DNA from: Octopus sinensis
Taxonomy: Eukaryota
DNA: 64,000 bases
Reading direction: 5' to 3'
Assembly: GCF_006345805.1 (NCBI RefSeq)
Contig: NC_043007.1
Location: forward strand, 7,688,001 to 7,752,000
Position 1 is the first letter of the stretch; each line of letters opens with the position of its first letter. Position numbers and translations under genes: made by a program. Of the stretch, positions 1 through 13,114 are shown piece after piece. The notes beneath the pieces are model-generated. The model saw nothing but the letters and a program-made list of their open reading frames with translations, was not told the DNA's origin and did not search any database.

Positions 1-106
1 ATATATATATTTATATATGCATGTATATATACATGTAGATGTAGGTACGTACATGTATGTATGTATGCATATATTTTATTTATTAATTTATATATATATA
101 TATATA

Positions 107-1640
107 TAAATTAAGTTAGAGATAAAACCACTATTAGGCAAATCAAACAGTGAAAAACATAACCTAAATCATAAAAATAAAAATAATTAATATAATTTAC
201 AAAATATATAGAATTTAAATTATTAATTTATATTTATATTTATAATTTTTTTATTATTATTATATATAACTATCAAAAAGTATTAAAAAGTTTATTATAA
301 GATAAGTAAAACCACTACGTACGTTTCATGGCCATAACCTAATTTAAATTCAATTATAAATTCGAATTATGGTTATAGTCAATCTTCAGGTTAATGATAA
401 TAGTTAAATAAATAAGCAAATATATTTAAAAATTATTTTTTAAGAAATAAATAAAATAATAATTTTTCTTATAAAAAATTTATTATCAAACTAGAAACTT
501 TAATGATTATGATTATGTCATACAATCCAATTATAATGTTAAATATTAATTTTTAAGGTAAAGATAGAAAATGTATTTATCTATTCAGATATAATATGGC
601 TTTATAAAACATAATAAACTCACGAATAACCTAATCTCAGTTATAGTCAATATCTAATTACCTAATTATTTAACAAAAAAGAATCAAAAAAATAAATACT
701 ATTCATATTATTAAATTTAAGTTCAAATCTAATAATTATAAAATATTTGAATAATAACTTAATTATCATCAATAAATATATATAAATATAATAATTAAGA
801 TCTAAAATTATCTCTATCAATAAATATATATATACGTATTAAAAAAAACTAAATAAATTAATTATTCCTTATTACTTATGAAATATATTAAATAATTTTA
901 AAAAATTTAAATTAAAGATGAAAAAGCAAATTGTAAACGTATAAACTATCTTAAAAGAACCCTATAACTATTTAACAATCAATAAATCACGTTGGCTATA
1001 TTTAAGCTATAATAGAACAAAGACAACTATTAGAGATATTTATGAATATATAATATGGCTTAAAAAAACATAATAAACTCACAAATATCCTTAACTCAGT
1101 TATAGTCCAAAAATTTAATTACCAAATTATTTAACTAAATAATCTATCAATAAATATACATATACGTATTAAAAAAATTAAATTAATTAATTATTCATTA
1201 TTACTTATGAAATATATTAAATAATTAAAAAATTAAAGATGAAAGCGCAAATTGTAAACGTATAAACTATCTTAAAAGAACCCTATAACTATTTATCGAT
1301 CAATATATCTCGTTGGCTAATTAATAACTTACAAAAACTGTATAGTTATGATATAATAATGAACTAATGAAATACATATCTTCAACAACTAAATACTTAT
1401 ACAATCAAAATTATGTGGTACATTAAAAACATTTAAAATCAAATTAAAACCAGAAACCTAACTTTAAAAAATCGTATAACTATTAACGATCTATATATCT
1501 CTTTTGCTAAGTAAAATCTTACAAATAAACGTAGAGTTAAAATCTAATAATTATATAATTATATACATAACTTCAACAGCTAAATCATTACATAACAATC
1601 AGTATTTATATAGTATACAAAATAATACAATAAGACTTAT
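107..1640 (-). repeat. Very AT-rich decayed tandem array of a PLE-terminus/retrozyme-like unit
   Basis: Internal duplications (about 590-680 vs 1050-1140; 810-990 vs 1140-1310). Motif ttagagataaaaccactattaggcaaatcaaac is shared with 28930-28960 (reverse complement) and 31250-31290. One intact HHR at 313-392 and HHR-like remnants near 620-660 and 1075-1120. Confidence 0.55.
313..392 (-). ncRNA. Type I hammerhead ribozyme, minimal helix III
   Basis: Minus strand: ac-CUGAAGA-[ug..cuauaacc/gguuaugg..ca stem II]-GAAAC-GUAC-GUA^gu. Helix III ACGUACGU is palindromic; stem I is only 2 bp. Confidence 0.75.
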
Positions 1641-2205
1641 TAAAATATTTTAAATTTTTTAATTTTTAAATATTAAAAAGAAATAGGTTACTTAGCTTTC
1701 CAAGGCTTTGTGATGAACTAAAGTTTTAAAACGAAAAACATCTTTAAAGCGTTCATAAGAATACTCGTGGAATTACGTTATTAACAAAAATAGAATAAAT
1801 AGATGAAGAATTATTTTAACGATGAAAAACTACTAATATATTTTATCAATGAAAATAGTGAATAGAAATTGTCAATGGAAATAGTTATAGTTTATCAATA
1901 AATGTAAATAGAATGAAGTCACAATTAAAGAATAGAACCACTCTATACTATAAGATTTATTATTAAAATAACTACAATAAATTATACTTAATACTCAATA
2001 AATTAAATAATTACTATAACTACCAATTACTGTCTATACTCTAAAAGTCTTATAAGATTTAATTAATTTATATAAATTATAGTAACACCTCGACGTACGA
2101 GTAAATTCGTTCCCAGCGTATGCTTTTATTTTAAAGCGAAAACTCGTGTATAGAACCCGGTGTCTCGTAAAGCGCGTCCTCGTAATGTGAGGTATTACTG
2201 TGTCA

Positions 2206-2254
<49 letters not shown>

Positions 2255-2310
2255 ATATATATATAATATATAACATATAATATAATAATTAATATAATAA
2301 GTATAATATA

Positions 2311-2355
<45 letters not shown>

Positions 2356-2357
<2 letters not shown>

Positions 2358-2855
2358 TAAAGTGGCAAGGGCACAAAGTAGTACCAGCATTGCTAGAAAT
2401 AAGAGTCAAAACGACTCAATTTGCCACAAAAGCGAGGAAGCAAGAATGCTCCGTACTGTAGTGAGACGAGCTCCCTACAGAAGTAACAGATATACCCATA
2501 TCACGTGATTTCGAATTCTGATGCATCGCATCTCAATTCTCGTCAACGGATCTTATTGTGCCTAGGGTTAAGCTAAACTCGCCTCGTCAAGCACTCGCTT
2601 TAATCGGCTTTCTTATGAGTTGACGAGGCGAGTTTAACTTAACCCTAGGCGCAATAAGCTCCACTGACGAGAACTGACGTGCAAGGCATCAGAAATTGAA
2701 ATCACGTGATATGGGTACATCTGCTACTTCTGTAGGGAGCTCGTCTCACTACTGTACGGAGCATTCTTGCTTCCTCGCTTTTGTGGCAAATTGAGTCGTT
2801 TTGACTCTTATTTCTAGCAATGCAGGTACTACTTTGTATCCTTGTCACTTTACTG
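2356..2855. mobile_element. Fold-back MITE (Tc1/mariner-like ends)
   Basis: Arms 2356-2590 and 2620-2855 are reverse complements with scattered mismatches around a 29-nt spacer. Right end reads CAGTAAAGTGAC on the minus strand; left end follows a TA run. Confidence 0.85.
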
Positions 2856-2890
2856 ACATTTATAAATTTGCTTTTAGGTTTTAATTGCTA

Positions 2891-2975
<85 letters not shown>

Positions 2976-2984
2976 CATATATAT

Positions 2985-3039
<55 letters not shown>

Positions 3040-3450
3040 ATATATATATATATATATGTATATATAAAGAGAGAGATAAAGAAAGAGAGAGCGAGAGAAT
3101 CATCATCATCACCGTCACATTCCAATCACACGACCTCAGTGACCCTCTGTCGCCGTCCAATTCTATTCTTCTTTGAATTTGGAGTTTGAGGCACAAGGAA
3201 TCTTCCATTTGTTGATTACACAATCATGGACACTGTCCCAATGGATTCATTGCAGTTATTCTTTCGACAGAGCTCGGTGAACCTGACTGTTGATCTACGA
3301 TTTCTCCGCTCAGCATCAATGTCAGAAGAATGGTCAGCTCACCCGGGCCAATGGCTATATGTATGTAGATAGATAGATATAATATAAATATATATATGTA
3401 TGTGTATATATATATAATATATATATATTATATATATATATATTATATAT

Positions 3451-3494
<44 letters not shown>

Positions 3495-3699
3495 TCTCAG
3501 CCTTCATTCTTTTGGTTTTCCTTTTCTTCTACTTACTGTCTCTCCCTCTCTCTCTCATTCTTCATTCTTTTCTCTACAACCATTCCCTTTTTTTCTCTCC
3601 CTTTCTCTTACTCCTCCTCCTCCTCCTCCCTCCCGTCGCAGTCACGTGATGAGATGGCCATCTCTGTCTTTCTTCTGACTTCCTCCAAGTAGAGACGGT

Positions 3700-4210
3700 C
3701 AATCTGTTGCTCTTTGCTGTCTCAAACAATAGCGTTCGTAAAAATTTTTTTATCTCGTTTGGCTTAACAGCCCTTCTTGTTTTTGTTACTGTTATTCTCC
3801 GTGTCCTGTCTTTTACTGTTTATATTTTGTACTGTCGTTACTGTCCTGTTTTTGTTACCATTTTTACCCCTCCGCAAAAAAATCTCAAATTTTATTTAAT
3901 TTGATTTTCGCGGGAAGGAAAATTTCATTTGAAGTCATGTATCGCTTTGACCTTCGAAACGTGGAGTAGATGAAATTAAGGCGACTGAAGAAGGGGAATT
4001 TTCCTTGTTTTGTATGTCCTGTGCTCTATTTTTTCGTTGTTTTTAAAAAAATGTCTATTTCCTTGGTTTTGTGTTTATGTTTTCGTTTCTCATTGTGTTC
4101 GACGTTTTTTTTTGTGTCCTGTACCCATATATGCATGTATATATACATGTAGAGGTAGGTACGTACATATATGTATGTATATATGCATATATTTTATTAT
4201 TTTTAATTTA
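3700..4210. mobile_element. Short dispersed non-autonomous repeat, family unassigned
   Basis: Its end (4127-4210) matches window positions 14-90. Contains separated ctgaaga and ccttcgaaacgt motifs. Confidence 0.45.
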
Positions 4211-4240
4211 TATATATATATTATATATATATATATATAT

Positions 4241-4280
<40 letters not shown>

Positions 4281-4289
4281 TATATCTAA

Positions 4290-4480
4290 GGGAGAGTTTA
4301 CGAAAAAAACAAAAGCCGAAGGTAGGTGGTGTACAAAACAAACAGATGTATTAGTATAACGCTCAGGAATAGAAAAAGTCTTTTACGTTTCGATCCAACA
4401 CTCTTCTACAGAAATGGACACAGAAAACCAAGGAGAGAAAAAAATGTGTGTAGTGGCTAACGATCAATCATGGCGAACGC
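4290..4480 (-). mobile_element. Short PLE-type repeat with degenerate hammerhead (4381-4414)
   Basis: uuu-CUGUAGA-agag..gauc-GAA-ACGU-A^aaa (A6 changed to U). Related fragments at 6195-6272 and 62765-62870. Confidence 0.6.
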
Positions 4481-4687
4481 AAAACATCCGGACAACTAGG
4501 TGATGCAAAACATCTAGATAGACGATAAAAAAACAAGGACAGGTCATTTGAAGCTTTCTATCCTCAGTCAAGGACCGGATCATCCTCGCGATTTCGGCTG
4601 ATTAATCTTGAGATTGCTCCAATATGGCCAGCCCCGAAGAAAAACTAAGCTGAGAGCATTAGATTCGTTGAAAGAAAGCATATATAC

Positions 4688-4720
<33 letters not shown>

Positions 4721-4766
4721 TATGGGGGTGGTGTATGTATATATATATACACACATATATATACAC

Positions 4767-4831
<65 letters not shown>

Positions 4832-4835
4832 CGAG

Positions 4836-4914
4836 GCTCTGACGAAGCTATAAAGTGTTATTCAGACTTTCAGTTATGAGTCCACTGCATCTTATAGCAG
4901 AAACTACTGAAAGC
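4836..4914 (+). ncRNA. Degenerate hammerhead relic
   Basis: gcu-CUGACGA-a-gcuauaa..uuauagc-a-GAAAC-UACU-GAA-agc; U16.1 is lost. Homologous to 43917-43995. Confidence 0.6.
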
Positions 4915-5280
4915 CAATGAAGCCAACATACATAGGTACATACATAAGAAAGAGAGAGAATGCTTAACTGTTCAAGATTTGAACCATCTCCTTGTCTTAC
5001 ATTGCATTTCTTTGCATTCTTGGTTTATCCAAGATTTGACAAAATTATGTTTCCCTGGCACCTAAACGAATTCAGAAAGAACAACGTGTTAAGTGATCGA
5101 AACAATATAGAATAGCATTTGATTTCTGTCCGCCATATACTTCACTGAGAAATCCGAAGCCAGCAATTACGGCTCCTGATTAACGCAATCGGATTAATCC
5201 AAAATTAATTCGCTTTCTCCAGCCTTGAAACTAGAGTTGTCAATAACGCTCACTTTATTTACTTTATAAAGATTAATCCT

Positions 5281-5346
<66 letters not shown>

Positions 5347-5672
5347 AATCTATCTCTATCTATCTATCTATCTATCTGTCTGTCTGTCTGTGTTGCTATA
5401 TATATATATATATAATTATTATTATTTGAGGGAATAAAATTCAAAACCTACAAGGAAAAAATTTCAATTTAGAAATACTAAATCAAATTTCACACTATAT
5501 AATATATATATATGAATTAGAAAAAAACACCTTTTATCAATTCAAAATGAACAATTAAATTACACCATCTAGAAAATTACATATAATAGAAATATTAAAA
5601 TTAAAATAACAATAAAATGTCAATGATTAAGTAAATTGCAAAAAAAAATAATAATGTATATAATTTGTAGTA

Positions 5673-5761
5673 TAACGACACGTGTTTCGTGGCTATATTT
5701 AAGAAATGATTATAGCAGTAGAGAAATCACTTCGATATATATATAGTCACTCATCAGGTTA
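5673..5761 (-). ncRNA. Type I hammerhead ribozyme
   Basis: uaac-CUGAUGA-gug.cuauau..auauag.cac-GAAAC-ACGU-GUC^guua. Stem I 4 bp, palindromic ACACGUGU, canonical GUC site. Lies in a 5415-5765 element related to 107-392 and 31165-31330. Confidence 0.85.
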
Positions 5762-6098
5762 AAAATAAACTAGAACAATAAAATAATTACTTAATAAGCA
5801 TTCTTGAATATATACATACATATATATATTTATTTGTAATATTAAATTTTAAGTTAATTAGGTATTATATCATTTGATATTTAGTCAACTTTGTTATAGA
5901 TTCTTATATTAAATCTATAGATACTACACATGTATATTTATTATATGGTTAGCTTATTTAAGGAGTTTGTCGATATTTGAACCATTTCTTATTTTGATTA
6001 CAATTTAATGACTTGTACTAGCTTTGTCTATTTTATTTAATTTTAAAGTATTTAATAATTAAGTATTGTTTTAGTTTTCAATTATGCATATTTAGTAT

Positions 6099-6147
<49 letters not shown>

Positions 6148-6271
6148 ATATGTATGTATATATTAAAGTATACTTATCAATTAATTATTTTCCAGATGGA
6201 CACAGAAAAGAAACAAGGAGAGAAACAAGAAGTGAAAAAATGTGTGTAGTGGCTAACGATCTATCATGGCG

Positions 6272-6306
<35 letters not shown>

Positions 6307-6604
6307 GGTGATTGCTTCTTCTTCACGGGTAATTGCCATCTCCTTGCGCTTCGTCGCTGTCAATGATATTACTGACTTTTCCATCCATGACCTCTCAAAT
6401 GACTATTCAGTTTTGCTGAATATCTACATGATTTGAAGCACAGGTGACAGTCGAAAGTTGTAGCTTACTGCGTGCTTCAAACTGATTAGGTCTGCACATA
6501 TCATTATTCTTCCATCACCTGGTGGCTTCTAGTAGATGGAATGACGAGTAAGGTCACCATAAAGAGACATCTGTACATTGCTGGATGAGAGTAATAAACG
6601 CTTG

Positions 6605-6663
<59 letters not shown>

Positions 6664-6781
6664 GGATAGGTAGATATGTAGTTTTATCAGGGTGTGACAT
6701 AGAAACAAATTCTGTTGCGTACACACCAAAAATGTATCTTGTTTATTCTCTTTTTTTCCTTGGACATGGTTTCCTCTTCAG

Positions 6782-6923
6782 ATGGAAATGTGGAAGTGGA
6801 ATTATCAGTAGTTGCCTCGATCAGTTGGAATCGGAAGTTTTAAGAGTTGTGTTAACGTACGTTTGTAAAGCAACCAGTACCGCTCTTAAACAACACGATG
6901 TGCCACCTGCTGATGAAGGCGAG
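6782..6923 (+). CDS. Candidate internal exon of an unidentified host gene (phase 2 to 0): WKCGSGIISSCLDQLESEVLRVVLTYVCKATSTALKQHDVPPADEGE
   Basis: Acceptor tttcctcttcag, donor GAG|gtgtgt, 142 nt, open frame, non-repetitive. No family recognised. Confidence 0.5.
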
Positions 6924-7097
6924 GTGTGTGTGTGTGTGTGTTGCATATTTGATACACATTTCCGCTAGTCAACTATATCCATGTCCACGGAAATTATATA
7001 TGTAATATGTATGTTGTAGTTGAATGTGTACAACCTGATCTGCTTTGGAAGTATCATCCCATTTAATCTACTATTACATGTTACATATCTTCAATAA

Positions 7098-7475
7098 GGC
7101 GGCGAGCTGGCAGAAACGTTAGCACGACGGGCGAAATGCTTAGTGGTATTTCGTCTGCCGTTACGTTGTGAGTTCAAATTCCGCCGAGGTCGACTTTTCC
7201 TTTCATCTTTTCGGAGTCGATAAATAAAGTACCAGTTACGCACTAGGGTCGATGTAATCGACTTAATCCGTTTGTCTGTCCTTGTTTGTCCTCTTTGTGT
7301 TTAGCCCCTTGTGGGTAGTAAAGAAATAGGTATTTTGTCTGCCGCGACGTTCTGAGTTCAAATTCCGCCGAAGTCGACTTTGCCTTTCATCTTTTCGGAG
7401 TTGAGAACTGGGATCGATGGAATCAACTTGCCCCTTCCCCCAAAATTTCAGGCCTTGTGCCTATAGTAGAAAAAA
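7098..7475 (+). mobile_element. tRNA-derived SINE (ggcggcgagctggcagaa family), one full copy plus a partial tandem copy
   Basis: Box A-like gagctggcagaaacg and box B-like gagttcaaattcc. Many copies in the window. Confidence 0.85.
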
Positions 7476-7973
7476 TTAAACATCTTAGCTCTCAAATATA
7501 AATTATTTCTATTTCATTGAGTTCTTTCTTTCTAGATCTTTGTCCGAAGAAATATTCTTGTTATATCTGCAAAATATCTGCTCTTATCATTTTTATGTGT
7601 GTGTATATTTATGTAATTTATGTGTGTATGTTTGTATATATGTGAGTGTGTTTGTCTGTGTATATATAAAACACATGCACGCACACACATGTATACACAC
7701 ACACATATAGATAGTTAATCATAAAAATGAACACAGAAAAGCAAAGGAAATTTAATCAGAGTGTCTTAACTCAAACTCACATCCTTTAATTAACGTTCGG
7801 GTACAAAAAAAGTCAATCACTGTCTGTCTCAATTCGATTATTAACTATCAATTCCGAGTTACCATAGTTAAACATTTTTTCGTTATCCTAGTTGCAAACG
7901 GCAAAACGATTTGTCTGGTACTAATTCAACGTCGAATTGTTAGTATTCAAAATAAATTGTCTGGTTGATATAG

Positions 7974-8052
<79 letters not shown>

Positions 8053-8679
8053 CAATATGAAAAGTACGGGGTGGGGAGAAATAAAAGAGAGACAGAAAAG
8101 CTTTGGGCAATAAAATCTTGTAATCTTTCAAGTGATGAAGTTAACATAGAAAAGTCTGAGTTGTTTTTTTTTTTTAAATATTAAAAGAAAATCCATTTGC
8201 ATAATGAACGGTAAATAAGTTAATGTCAGCATATTTAATGCTTGGAGCATTAAAAGGCTGAAATGGGATAAAATATGTGGCGACAAGAAGGAGAAAAACA
8301 GACAAACAAGCAAACACTATAAGACGTTGAATAATATTGATTTTTAGATATATTTTATATTTTATTTTGTTCCATTTTCTGACAAGTAAAAAAGACAATT
8401 CAAAACATTTTTTTACACTATATTATCATCAGCCATGTTCAGCGTCGCCCAATATTTTTCTTCGGTTCTAAAGGAATATCATTCACTTCTCAGAGGCGGC
8501 GAGCTGGCAGAAACGTTGGTACGCCGGGCGAAATGCTTAGTGAGAAGTCTGACACCTGGTTCCGTATAGTTTGCTTAAAATATATTTGATTGCAAAGAAT
8601 CTCTGTAATCCATTTGGTTTGGTGCTCAACGCCTGTTTTCTATAGCTTCAAACCGAATGAGAAGTGAATGATATTCCTT

Positions 8680-8915
8680 ATTTCTTTACTGCCCACAAGG
8701 GGTTACACACAGAGGGAACAAACAAGGACAAACAAACGGATTAAGTCGATTATATCGACCCCAGTGCATAACTGGTACTTAATTTATCGACTCCGAAAGG
8801 ATGAAAGGCAAAGTCGACCTCGGCGGAATTTGAACTCACAACGTAACGGCAGACGAAATACCGCTAAGCATTTCGCCCGTCGTGCTAACGTTTCTGCCAG
8901 CTCCTCGCCGCCTCC
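8680..8915 (-). mobile_element. SINE of the same family with a 21-bp target-site duplication
   Basis: Flanked by ga(g/a)..gtgaatgatattcctt direct repeats at 8659-8679 and 8916-8936 (one mismatch). Confidence 0.85.
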
Positions 8916-9062
8916 GAGGAGTGAATGATATTCCTTTAGAACCGAAGCAGCGTATCAAACGTAGCTTCATTCATAGAAGATAAACACGGAATTGAGATCT
9001 GCAAAGTCATGAGTCGGCTCAATGGCACCGTCGTCGACTGGAACAAGTGCAGAATATATATT

Positions 9063-9250
9063 CTTTTATTCTTTTACTTGTTTCAGTCATTTGACTGCGG
9101 TCATGCTGGAGTACCGCCTTTAGTCGAACAATTGGACTCTAGGACTTATTCATTGTAAGTCTAGTACTTATTCTATCGATATCTTTTGCCGAACCGCTAA
9201 GTTACGGGGACGTGAACACACCAACATCGGTTGTCAAGAGATGATGGGGG
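9063..9250 (-). mobile_element. 3' part of the abundant SINE ending ...gcagtcaaatgactgaaacaagtaaaag
   Basis: Matches the full-length copy at 54731-55142. Confidence 0.8.
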
Positions 9251-9363
9251 TCGAAACACAGACACACTAACATATACATACATACATACATACATATATA
9301 CATACATATATATAGATATATATATATATATACATATATACATACATACATACACATATATAC

Positions 9364-9441
<78 letters not shown>

Positions 9442-9997
9442 AAGGTAATGTTTTTAGTTGAAGTGGAAGGTCACCAACTGTAACGGTTTGTTGTTAAGGA
9501 GTTGGTTGCCAGCATGCAAGATGGAACAGTGATCGAGGTTGTAAAGAAATATTTATTTACCGTTACTTTAATATACATCATGCCACAACGGATAGGCTAG
9601 TGTAATAGTATAACACACTTCGTAAAGCATGCAAGGTAAAAAGAGTTAATTTCGGCCTGTATATGTGTGGTGTGTACACGATCTCATAGTGGTATAGATA
9701 TATAGAGTTATGGTAATGTTGCAGACAAAAGAAATTGAGTTAATGAAAGCGAGAGAGTGTGGGACGAGACAGCTTCATTCCATAGTTGGTTAATTCCATA
9801 GTTGTCACTCTGAGAAGTTATCTTAGTCGAGACAGCATTTCGCTTGAGCCCAACAGCAGCCACTCTGTCAGTCGCTCTCACCAACTGACTTTGGCTTACG
9901 GAGTTCTTGTTTTTATAACTATCCAAAACCAGCCAGAAGGATGGGCATATTGCTGGGAACAATAGACTTCCTTAGAGGTCTGTTATCTCTCTTCTAG

Positions 9998-10069
9998 CTT
10001 TTGATGGCATAGAAGAGGTTAGAAGAATCAAGTGGCGAAAGCATTATTCCGGTTTAGCGAAGGGATCAG
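9998..10069 (+). CDS. Candidate symmetric exon (phase 1 to 1): FDGIEEVRRIKWRKHYSGLAKGS
   Basis: Acceptor tctctcttctag, donor CAG|gtaaat, 72 nt, only one of three frames open. Confidence 0.55.
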
Positions 10070-10438
10070 GTAAATGTAACTGCTGTCACTCACAAAAAAA
10101 CTATTGTTTTACCGTGAGAAAAGTGCTGTTGACCTGTTAAGTAAAATTTGGCGATCGAGGATCGAATCCACGCTAGGCCTGCATGACGCCACTACATATA
10201 TACATATATACGACGGGATTCTTCCAGTTTCCGTCTACCAAATCCACACGGCTCCATGCGGTTCCGGCAGAAGGTAATGCCGAACTTCTGCTGCCATAGC
10301 TAATACACGGCTTACGTACTGGAACACCACGGTCATATATACATACGTATATATATATATATATTATATATATATATTATATATACATATATATATATCT
10401 ATATATACATATATATATACTTACATATATATATATAT

Positions 10439-10549
<111 letters not shown>

Positions 10550-10604
10550 ATATATATATCATATATATATTATATATATATATATATATATATCATATAT
10601 ATAT

Positions 10605-11377
10605 TGGCATCCAACAACATCAGAGACTTGGGAGTAATAGTGGACAACAACATAAGCTGGGCTACACATATAAGCAGCAAAGTTGACATGGCCCGCAGAA
10701 TGTGTTCCTGGATTCTCAGAACCTTCCAGTCGAGAGATTCCCACGCTATTATTCTTCTCTTCTCCACTTTTGCCCGACCCCACCTTGAATACTGCTGTCC
10801 ACTGTGGTCTCCCTACACAAAACAAAATATTATGAGAATTGAAGCTCCCCAAAGGTCAATCACAAAAAGGATAGATGGCATGTCAGACCTTGACTACTGG
10901 GGTAGACTAGAGAAGCTGAAATTGTATTCACTCCAACGACGCCGTGAACGCTACATTATCTGTATGATGTGGAAAATATTCCATCAGCACTGTCCGAATG
11001 ATGTTGGCATCACCTTCAAAATACATCCAAGGCTTGGACCACGTTCCATCCGTCCACAACAAAAATCTAAATCGCATCACATAACGACAATACGGCACAA
11101 CTATTTCACCTCAATTGGACCCGCTCTCTTCAACATTACATCAGGACACGTCAAAAAAGAAACTGACCACACAAAATTCAAGAAGTCTTTGGACAAATTC
11201 CTTCAAACAGTACCGGACAAACCACCCGCACCCGGATATGTCTCCGCAAACAATAACTCTCTGCTCGAATGGGCCTTGGTGCCCAAATCCTGAACTGAAA
11301 GACTTCGACAGGTGGTGCTATTAAGTTAGACATGGCCTGGGCCAATACTGGCCAAAACCTTTCTAAGTTATTCTAAG

Positions 11378-11380
<3 letters not shown>
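10605..11380 (+). mobile_element. 5'-truncated CR1/L2-like LINE: RT C-terminus and 3' UTR
   Basis: [32 protein letters not shown] motifs; ends in a (ttctaagtta)x2 tail at 11361-11380. Confidence 0.85.
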
Positions 11381-11406
<26 letters not shown>

Positions 11407-11411
<5 letters not shown>

Positions 11412-11580
11412 TCAAAATAAGCAACAAGAATTTTGTGTCAATGGAAAACCTCTATAATTGGCTGATGAGTGCTCAGCATTTTAAAACTGTTGTAATACTT
11501 ACAACATTTAATAAAATGATATAGTACGAAACGATCGTACCAAATTACCGGAGTCATTCTTGTTGCTTATTTTGATTATA
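11407..11580 (+). mobile_element. MITE-like element with terminal inverted repeats enclosing a hammerhead
   Basis: tcaaaataagcaacaagaat (11412-11431) has a perfect reverse complement at 11556-11575; TA-rich flanks. Confidence 0.75.
11455..11547 (+). ncRNA. Type I hammerhead ribozyme
   Basis: uugg-CUGAUGA-gugcu..[cauuuua, uguuguaa/uuacaaca]..aguac-GAAAC-GAUC-GUA^ccaa. Cleavage predicted after A11539; helix III ACGAUCGU. Confidence 0.88.
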
Positions 11581-11675
11581 ATCACCCCACAAATATTTTT
11601 ATGGATAACACCATACAGAATTCTGGTGCATTTAAATTAAGTATCATATTCATTTGAATCTAAATTTTTGCTGAA

Positions 11676-11722
<47 letters not shown>

Positions 11723-11809
11723 ATATATATATATATATATTCATAAGTACAAAGTACACACATACGCACACACAGATACACACACGCACACACACACACA
11801 CACACATAG

Positions 11810-12035
11810 TGAGGGCGAGAGGCCTAGCGGTTAGGTGGCGCACGCGAGATCATGGATTCACTTATTGAACCGAGTGGTGGTGAGTTGTGCTGCCGAGTAA
11901 AATACTTTATTTCACGTAGTTCTGCGATCCCCTCCGACACCTGTTGCTTCGCACAATGTGCTCCTGTTCAGACAACGTCGTCGATTTGACGGAAGAAGTG
12001 AGCTGATGTACAGCACATATTTCTGATCACCATAA
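11810..12035 (+). mobile_element. Degenerate tRNA-derived SINE (ggcgcaatggcccagtggttagg family)
   Basis: ggcctagcggttagg head and aatactttatttcacgt core resemble 58459-58790 and 63367-63746. Confidence 0.55.
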
Positions 12036-12224
12036 AGTTTATAGTGATCGAACGTATGAGCTGTGCATTAGTATAAATAGAATCATTTGTGCATAATCGT
12101 TCAGGAAAACTGAACACTCATACTGCGCCTTCGACGTGAAATTCCACCATACATACATACATACATACATACATACATACATACACATACATACATACAT
12201 ACATACATACATACATACATACAT

Positions 12225-12478
12225 GTGATGGCTGCCCCCTCGTTATCGAGTATGGCCATTGCACGGAGCTAAACTAATACTGGTGCTGTGATCGAATGTG
12301 ACTTTTTAGCCCAGCTAAAGATCTACAATGTCTTGTACAGAATTGGCAACTAAAACCTTTACTGGTAATAGCCGGCTGTAGTTGTAACTGGGCTTCATGT
12401 ACCTTTGCATGTCGTTTAAGTCCTCCTGCCGAATTACATTCTCTTCCACATGCCCGACAGATATGATAGGTATGGTGT
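12225..12478 (-). mobile_element. 3' end of an RTE-like LINE with two C2H2 zinc fingers
   Basis: CRACGRECNSAGGLKRHAKVH and CQFCTRHCRSLAGLKSHIRSQH, then a 3' tail shared with 32020-32066; flanked by (TATG)n. Confidence 0.75.
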
Positions 12479-13114
12479 GTAACATACATACATACATACA
12501 TACATACATACATACACATACATACATACATACATACATACATACATACATACATACATACATACATGCACACGCACGTACATGTGTGTGTAAAAACTAA
12601 TTATTGGAAACGCAAGTGTTAACATTAATAAAATTCACGTGATACACCTATCAATGAATGCGATTTCATAATACACCGATCAGGTTTTCTTGGTTTTTTT
12701 TTTCTCTCCAATTAAAAACGAATCTGTTTTTCAGTCAGTGAGTTCAGAAATTCTATCGTCTGCAGAGACGGATACTTCATTAATTTTAATTAATTATTTT
12801 AACAAGAGGTGGAGAATCCCGATGGTCTTCCAGAAAGTTAAGTACCGTGTGTCTGAGTGCAGTAGAAAGTTTGAAGGAAACGCAATTCATAGAAATTGGT
12901 ATTGTTTGATTTATTTCTTTTCAAAGCGTTCCTTTACAACTAATTGAGAATTTAACAAGCATTTTTCAATATTCCTTTATCTCTATATGTAATAAGTTGT
13001 AATAACTTTTGAATTAATTTTAATTGGCTTTCAAAGTACGGAAGTACAAACTTATCTTCGCCATTAAATAAAAGCAGAACGCTACCACAAGATTACTGAT
13101 TCTCAGACTTCGGC

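Noticed and set aside
1-2200. Mitochondrial insertion or viral DNA
   Set aside because: No recognisable mitochondrial gene or long ORF; internal duplications and the HHR fit a decayed repeat array better.
2664-2696. CTGACGA..GAAA inside the MITE
   Set aside because: No convincing stem II, helix III or stem I.
3905-4000. ccttc-GAAACGT followed by CTGAAGA
   Set aside because: The half-motifs are in the wrong order for one ribozyme and each lacks its partner; 4540-4640 is similarly incomplete.
6910-6960. CTGATGA motif as a hammerhead
   Set aside because: No stem II or GAAA follows; it lies inside a candidate exon.
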